From contig CBDHHL010000056.1 in the NCBI GenBank assembly GCA_965263355.1, positions 416,001-480,000 on the forward strand: a DNA stretch of 64,000 nucleotides, given 5' to 3'. Numbering within the stretch: the first letter of the stretch is position 1; every line of letters starts with the position of its first letter. The notes below the pieces were generated by a model. The model was not told where the DNA came from. It was given only the letters and a program-made list of their open reading frames with translations, and made no database searches. A program made the position numbers and the translations under genes. The DNA is from Leptolyngbyaceae cyanobacterium (GTDB lineage: Bacteria; Cyanobacteriota; Cyanobacteriia; Phormidesmidales; Phormidesmidaceae). Shown in pieces: positions 59,520 through 64,000 of the stretch.

Positions 59520-60047
59520 GTGGTGTCTGCTAACCTCACTCCTGACCAGTTACGTTCCATCAAGGGCCAGCTCGATTTGGTGCTGCTGGCCTTGGAAACG
59601 TTAGTTGGCATTGGTTCTGAAGCAATTTTGGACGAAGCAAAATCCTTGCACATGGATACGCTGTTCTCAGACCGGGTTAGTCTATGGCGACTCCGACAGT
59701 CAAGCCCTTTGCGCAAGGGACAGGGTCGTAAAAAATTAGATGTGGATGAAGCGCGTGCCTTGGTTTTGATTACCGCCCAGCTAGCCAACAAACATCGACA
59801 AGCGATTAATCAAGCGGTAACGGCCTTAGAAAAATCTGGTGCAGACGGCACGCCCCCCCACCGAGTGGCGATGCTGGGAGACTATCTAGACCGCTTTAGT
59901 AACACCTATAGCGATCGCATGGAGCAAGAGGCCCCACCCCAAGTTTTGGAAAGGCTCGCTTTTCAGTTATTGATCGATCTGCTGTTCTACAGCGGGGGGG
60001 CGGGTTCTCAGCGGCTGTGGCAGGCACTGTTAGATCGGGCTGAGTAG
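59520..60047 (+). CDS. DUF3038 family protein
   Basis: LDLVLLALETL, DRVSLWRLRQSSPLRKG, EARALVLI, LLIDLLFYSG...RLWQALL. Confidence 0.85.
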   Translation: MVSANLTPDQLRSIKGQLDLVLLALETLVGIGSEAILDEAKSLHMDTLFSDRVSLWRLRQSSPLRKGQGRKKLDVDEARALVLITAQLANKHRQAINQAVTALEKSGADGTPPHRVAMLGDYLDRFSNTYSDRMEQEAPPQVLERLAFQLLIDLLFYSGGAGSQRLWQALLDRAE

Positions 60048-60098
60048 ATTGCCCGAAATAGACCGATAATGGGTGGGTCAAAAAACGCACACTGACCC

Positions 60099-60665
60099 AT
60101 GACCGCAGAGTTTCTTAAGGGGACAAACCTTTACCTGGTGGGCATGATGGGCTCTGGTAAATCCTCCGTTGGCAAACACCTGGCCCGCATGCTCAACTAT
60201 CGTTTTATCGACACCGATGAGGTGATTGTGCAGGCCACGGGGCAAAGCATTAATCAGATTTTTGCCGAGCAGGGGGCAGCTGCTTTTCGCGATATTGAAA
60301 CCAGCGTACTGGCCCAGGTTGCGCCCTACACCCATACGGTGATTGCCACTGGCGGCGGGATGGTGATCAAGCAGGAAAACTGGAGTTATTTACAGTCTGG
60401 CCTGGTGGTGTGGCTCAATGTGCCCGTCGATGAGCTAATGGCGCGTCTCAGTGACGATCAGTCCCGGCCTTTATTAAAGGATAGTGATTTGCGGACTAAA
60501 CTCACCACCCTTCTAGAACAGCGTCAGGCGCGCTACAGCGAGGCCGATGCCACGGTGGTCCATGAGTCTGGGGAAGCGGTGGATGCGATCGCAACCCGTA
60601 TCCTCGATACCCTACAAACCGTCATCGCCGAAAACTCCGCCACCAGCAGCACCATCAACCATTAA
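60099..60665 (+). CDS. aroK: Shikimate kinase
   Basis: [33 protein letters not shown]. Confidence 0.95.
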   Translation: MTAEFLKGTNLYLVGMMGSGKSSVGKHLARMLNYRFIDTDEVIVQATGQSINQIFAEQGAAAFRDIETSVLAQVAPYTHTVIATGGGMVIKQENWSYLQSGLVVWLNVPVDELMARLSDDQSRPLLKDSDLRTKLTTLLEQRQARYSEADATVVHESGEAVDAIATRILDTLQTVIAENSATSSTINH

Positions 60666-60698
60666 TTGTAGAGCCGTTCCATGGAACGGCTCTACAAT
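60665..60698. repeat. Perfect 34-bp GTAG-type REP palindrome
   Basis: attgtagagccgttcca|tggaacggctctacaat. Confidence 0.8.
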
Positions 60699-60721
60699 CG
60701 TTCTCCATTACCATTAACCCC

Positions 60722-61591
60722 ATGGAAACCGCCGCCAACCGCGTCCAAATCCTTAGCGAAGCCTTACCCTACATCCAAAAATTTCGTGGCCGTACCGTTG
60801 TAATTAAATATGGCGGTGCCGCGATGAAAGATAGCAGTCTCAAGGACGACGTCATTCGCGACATTGTCTTTATGGCCTGTGTCGGCATTCACCCCGTCGT
60901 TGTTCACGGCGGTGGTCCCGAAATCAATACCTGGCTTGGCAAACTCGGCATTGAAGCCCAATTTAAAGATGGTTTGCGCGTGACCGATGCCCCCACCATG
61001 GACGTGGTGGAAATGGTGCTTGTGGGCCGAGTAAATAAAGAATTAGTCGGTTTAGTCAACGCCGCTGGCGGGAGTGCCGTTGGCCTCTGTGGCAAAGACG
61101 GCAATATGATTACCGCCCGTCCCCATGCCGCTGAAGGGATCGGCTTTGTCGGCGAAGTCACCCGGATTGAACCGAAACTGGTTAAATCTCTGGTGGAAGC
61201 AAGCTATATTCCAATTATTTCCAGCGTTGCTGCTGACCCCCAAGGCCAACCCTACAATATCAATGCCGATACGGTCGCCGGTGAACTGGCCGCTGCCCTC
61301 AATGCCGAAAAGTTAATTCTCCTGACCGACACCCCCGGCATCCTCAAGGATTATCACGATCCATCCACCCTTTATAACAAGCTAGACATTCAAGCTGCCC
61401 GTGACCTGATCGACTCCGGCATTGTCTCCGGCGGCATGATTCCTAAAGTTACCTGCTGTATCCGTGCCCTGGCCCAGGGTGTGCGCGGTGCCCACATCAT
61501 CGACGGACGGGTTGCCCATTCCCTATTGCTTGAAACCTTTACTAACTCAGGTATTGGTACTATGTTAGTCGCCTCGCATAAGACCGCTTAG
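60722..61591 (+). CDS. argB: Acetylglutamate kinase
   Basis: [54 protein letters not shown]. Confidence 0.96.
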   Translation: METAANRVQILSEALPYIQKFRGRTVVIKYGGAAMKDSSLKDDVIRDIVFMACVGIHPVVVHGGGPEINTWLGKLGIEAQFKDGLRVTDAPTMDVVEMVLVGRVNKELVGLVNAAGGSAVGLCGKDGNMITARPHAAEGIGFVGEVTRIEPKLVKSLVEASYIPIISSVAADPQGQPYNINADTVAGELAAALNAEKLILLTDTPGILKDYHDPSTLYNKLDIQAARDLIDSGIVSGGMIPKVTCCIRALAQGVRGAHIIDGRVAHSLLLETFTNSGIGTMLVASHKTA

Positions 61592-61687
61592 GCCATTCGG
61601 TATAACCTTTTCGAGAAAACACCTTAGAATAAGGCGCAGGATTTAAACTAAAATCCAAGCTCTGCGCCCTATTCTTTCTCCCCCAAA

Positions 61688-62836
61688 ATGGCAGCTACCT
61701 GGTGGACTAAACTCAAACAAAACTCCCTGGCCCGGTTTGGGGCTACGGTGCTGATTATATTTTACCTGACGGTAGCGTTTGCTGAGCTGACGGCCCCCTA
61801 TGATCCGTACGAGCAGCAGCCGAATGGGTCGTTGTTGCCGCCGACTACGGTGTACTGGCGGGACCAGGTGTCGGGTAAGTTTTTGGGTCCCCATGTGTAT
61901 CCGGTCAGTCAGGGTCCGGTGGACATTGAAACAGGTGACCGGGTGACGGCAACGGATTTTTCACAGCCGTCGCCGATTCGGTTATGGGTTAAGGGGGCAG
62001 AATACAAGCTGTTTCAGCTAAAGCTACCTTTTGTAAAAAGTATTTCCTTTGAAGACTCGATGCAGCTGGAGGAGACTGTTCTCTTTAAGGGATTGACCTT
62101 TGACCGTCATTTGTTTGGCACCGTTGGCGAGGGCAAGTGGAATATTTTTGGTACAGATGAGTCGGCCCGAGACCAGCTGAGTCGGTTGATTCATGGGGGA
62201 CGCATTAGTCTCAGCATTGGTCTGGTGGGGATTATCATTACTTTTCCGCTGGGGCTGCTGGTGGGCGGAATATCGGGTTACTTTGGTGGCACCGTAGATG
62301 CGGTGATTATGCGGCTGGTCGAGGTGATTATGACCATCCCTGGGTTCTTTTTGTTGGTTACCCTGGCGGCAGTGCTACCGGCGGGGTTGAGCAGTTCTCA
62401 GAGATTTTTGTTAATTGTTTTAATTCTGTCGTTTATTGGTTGGACCGGTCTGGCAAGAATTATTCGCGGTGAGGTGTTATCGCTAAAGGAACGTACCTTT
62501 GTGCAGGCGAGTCAGGCCATGGGGGGGCGTTCGTTGCATATTATTTTGCGACACATTTTGCCGCAGACGGCCACCTATGTAATTATTTCGGCAACGTTAG
62601 CGATTCCGGGGTATATTCTCTCGGAATCGGCCCTGAGCTTTATTGGTCTGGGGATTCAGCAGCCGGATGCGTCCTGGGGGAATATGTTGTCGTCGGCGAC
62701 GAATGCGTCGATTTTGGTGTTGCATCCGTGGTTGATTTGGCCGCCTGCGGCGTTGATTGTGATTACGGTATTGTGTTTTAACCTGTTGGGCGATGGTCTG
62801 CGGGATGCGTTGGATCCACGTAGTTTGGAAGAGTAG
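61688..62836 (+). CDS. Peptide/nickel ABC transporter permease (DppC/OppC-like)
   Basis: FGTDESARD, GGRISLSIG, ARIIRG, RHILPQ, ESALSFIGLG, SWGNML, GDGLRDALDP. Confidence 0.92.
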   Translation: MAATWWTKLKQNSLARFGATVLIIFYLTVAFAELTAPYDPYEQQPNGSLLPPTTVYWRDQVSGKFLGPHVYPVSQGPVDIETGDRVTATDFSQPSPIRLWVKGAEYKLFQLKLPFVKSISFEDSMQLEETVLFKGLTFDRHLFGTVGEGKWNIFGTDESARDQLSRLIHGGRISLSIGLVGIIITFPLGLLVGGISGYFGGTVDAVIMRLVEVIMTIPGFFLLVTLAAVLPAGLSSSQRFLLIVLILSFIGWTGLARIIRGEVLSLKERTFVQASQAMGGRSLHIILRHILPQTATYVIISATLAIPGYILSESALSFIGLGIQQPDASWGNMLSSATNASILVLHPWLIWPPAALIVITVLCFNLLGDGLRDALDPRSLEE

Positions 62837-62857
62837 GGGGTAGGGTCACTGTTGTCC

Positions 62858-62988
62858 AAGCCCCCAAACCCCCAAGCCTGGGGGCTTCAGAAACAGCACT
62901 CAACTGAAAATACCTAAAGCTAGTAATTCCTCATATTTGAGATTTTTTAATCTCGCATCAAAGCCCCCAATGTTGGGGGGTTGGGGGC
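62858..62988. mobile_element. MITE-like element with G/C-rich terminal inverted repeats
   Basis: aagcccccaaacccccaagcctgggggctt (62858-62887) is an inverted near-copy of aagcccccaatgttggggggttgggggc (62961-62988). Confidence 0.5.
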
Positions 62989-63028
62989 CTGAGCGAAGGG
63001 TCAGCGAAGCCGAACCCCGGTCTATCGT

Positions 63029-63346
63029 CTATTTTTTCCAGAGTTGTTCATTCAGCGCTTCATATTCTGTCCAGTCGATCTCGTCCCAGCGGCCTTCATC
63101 GGCGAGTTCAGCGGCTTCGTATTTAATGTCAGCTAGGCGATCGTAAATGTCGGCCAATGCGTTGTCGCCTTCGTCCCGTATTTTTTGAGCTTGGACTTCA
63201 TATTCCATGGCAGTTTGACGAAAATCATCGCCCCCATTGCTATCTACTTCTGCTAGCAATGGGGCGTTAAATCCGATGCCGACGAACACAATGGCTGTTA
63301 AGGCAAACAGTTTTGTTACAGAGTTAGTTTTTAAATATTTGGTCAT
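63029..63346 (-). CDS. Small secreted acidic helical hypothetical protein
   Basis: GGAG upstream, signal peptide (..NAPLLA|E), 105 aa. Confidence 0.65.
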   Translation of the reverse strand: MTKYLKTNSVTKLFALTAIVFVGIGFNAPLLAEVDSNGGDDFRQTAMEYEVQAQKIRDEGDNALADIYDRLADIKYEAAELADEGRWDEIDWTEYEALNEQLWKK

Positions 63347-63693
63347 TATCTGGCTCCGTTAAGGGTGTGCAATGCTTTCCTTGATCTTTCTTAGGAGCGT
63401 TTGCTACGTCCACCGTGATCGCACTCATCCGGTTGTCATACGAAATCTGGGTTGTCTGCATCCGATATTGCAGGGTGGGCACAAGGCACCGCCCCTACCA
63501 GGTTGTCTATTTTGAACCGAGTTTAATGAATTCGGATTTGGTATCAGTTGACGTAGGGGCACTCCCTTATGGATGCCCCTCCAATAATGAACTCAGCTAA
63601 ACACTATTTATGATTGTTTTGCTCCTTGCCATAGATGGTCCTCAGTTAGCTATGATCAAAGAAGGCTAGTTTCCTTGTTCTCTTATATAATTC

Positions 63694-64000
63694 ATGGCCA
63701 AAGATCGCTTTCATAATGTAGTGCGAACAGCCCTCGAAAAAGAGGGTTGGGTGATTACTGATGATCCGTATGAACTTAACGTTGGGGACGTTGATTTTGA
63801 AATTGATCTCGCAGCTGAACTCATTGCTGCCGAACGGGAAAATGAAAAAATAGCCGTAGAAATTAAAAGCTTTATTAGTCGTTCAGCCGTTTCTGATTTT
63901 CATACAGCCCTTGGACAATGCATTAACTATCAATTTGCATTAGCTGAAGTAGATCCCCAGCGAATTTTATATTTAGCCATTCCGGAAATAATTTATCAGT
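63694..64000 (+). CDS. xisH: XisH family protein (PD-(D/E)xK fold), truncated by the window end
   Basis: Not in the track. MAKDRFHNVVRTALEKEGWVITDDPY...IDLAAE.IAAER..EKIAVEIKSF...DFHTALGQ..NY...RILYLAIP. Confidence 0.88.
   Translation, partial: MAKDRFHNVVRTALEKEGWVITDDPYELNVGDVDFEIDLAAELIAAERENEKIAVEIKSFISRSAVSDFHTALGQCINYQFALAEVDPQRILYLAIPEIIYQ

Larger units (their letters stand above)
53..60592. repeat. Dispersed HIP1 octamer GCGATCGC
   Basis: More than 20 copies seen by eye, e.g. 53, 1601, 5646, 12671, 18961, 39653, 52941, 60585. Confidence 0.9.

Noticed and set aside
63694..64000. XisH as evidence of an fdxN-type excision element
   Set aside because: xisH/xisI pairs are often scattered without an element; no recombinase is in the window and the gene is truncated by the edge.

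Overview
Cyanobacterial chromosome segment. Evidence: more than 20 HIP1 GCGATCGC octamers, ndhL, a cruP-like gene, HetZ-like, HpsE-like and XisH-like genes, and tRNA-Leu(UAA) with a group I intron. The gene set suggests a filamentous Leptolyngbya-like organism (inference). Housekeeping genes (larC, ndhL, trpA, hisA, cutA, ubiD, aroK, argB, a peptide-ABC permease) are interspersed with accessory blocks: (i) a DUF11 / outer-membrane beta-barrel / OmpA / large repeat-adhesin operon followed by pyruvyl-, sulfo- and glycosyltransferase genes; (ii) a tiny Cys-Pro repeat lipopeptide gene; (iii) a tightly linked pair encoding a ubiquitin/MoaD-like protein ending in -LVGG and a DUF4132-type protein, with no E1/JAB nearby, which is my best candidate for an undescribed system; (iv) a heme-c sensor kinase paired with a pseudo-receiver/pseudokinase fusion; (v) three tandem TPR-TM-FxLYD paralogs. 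Several REP/MITE-like palindromes are present. I saw no CRISPR array, transposase or rRNA. All family calls come from reading motifs by eye; no database search was run.
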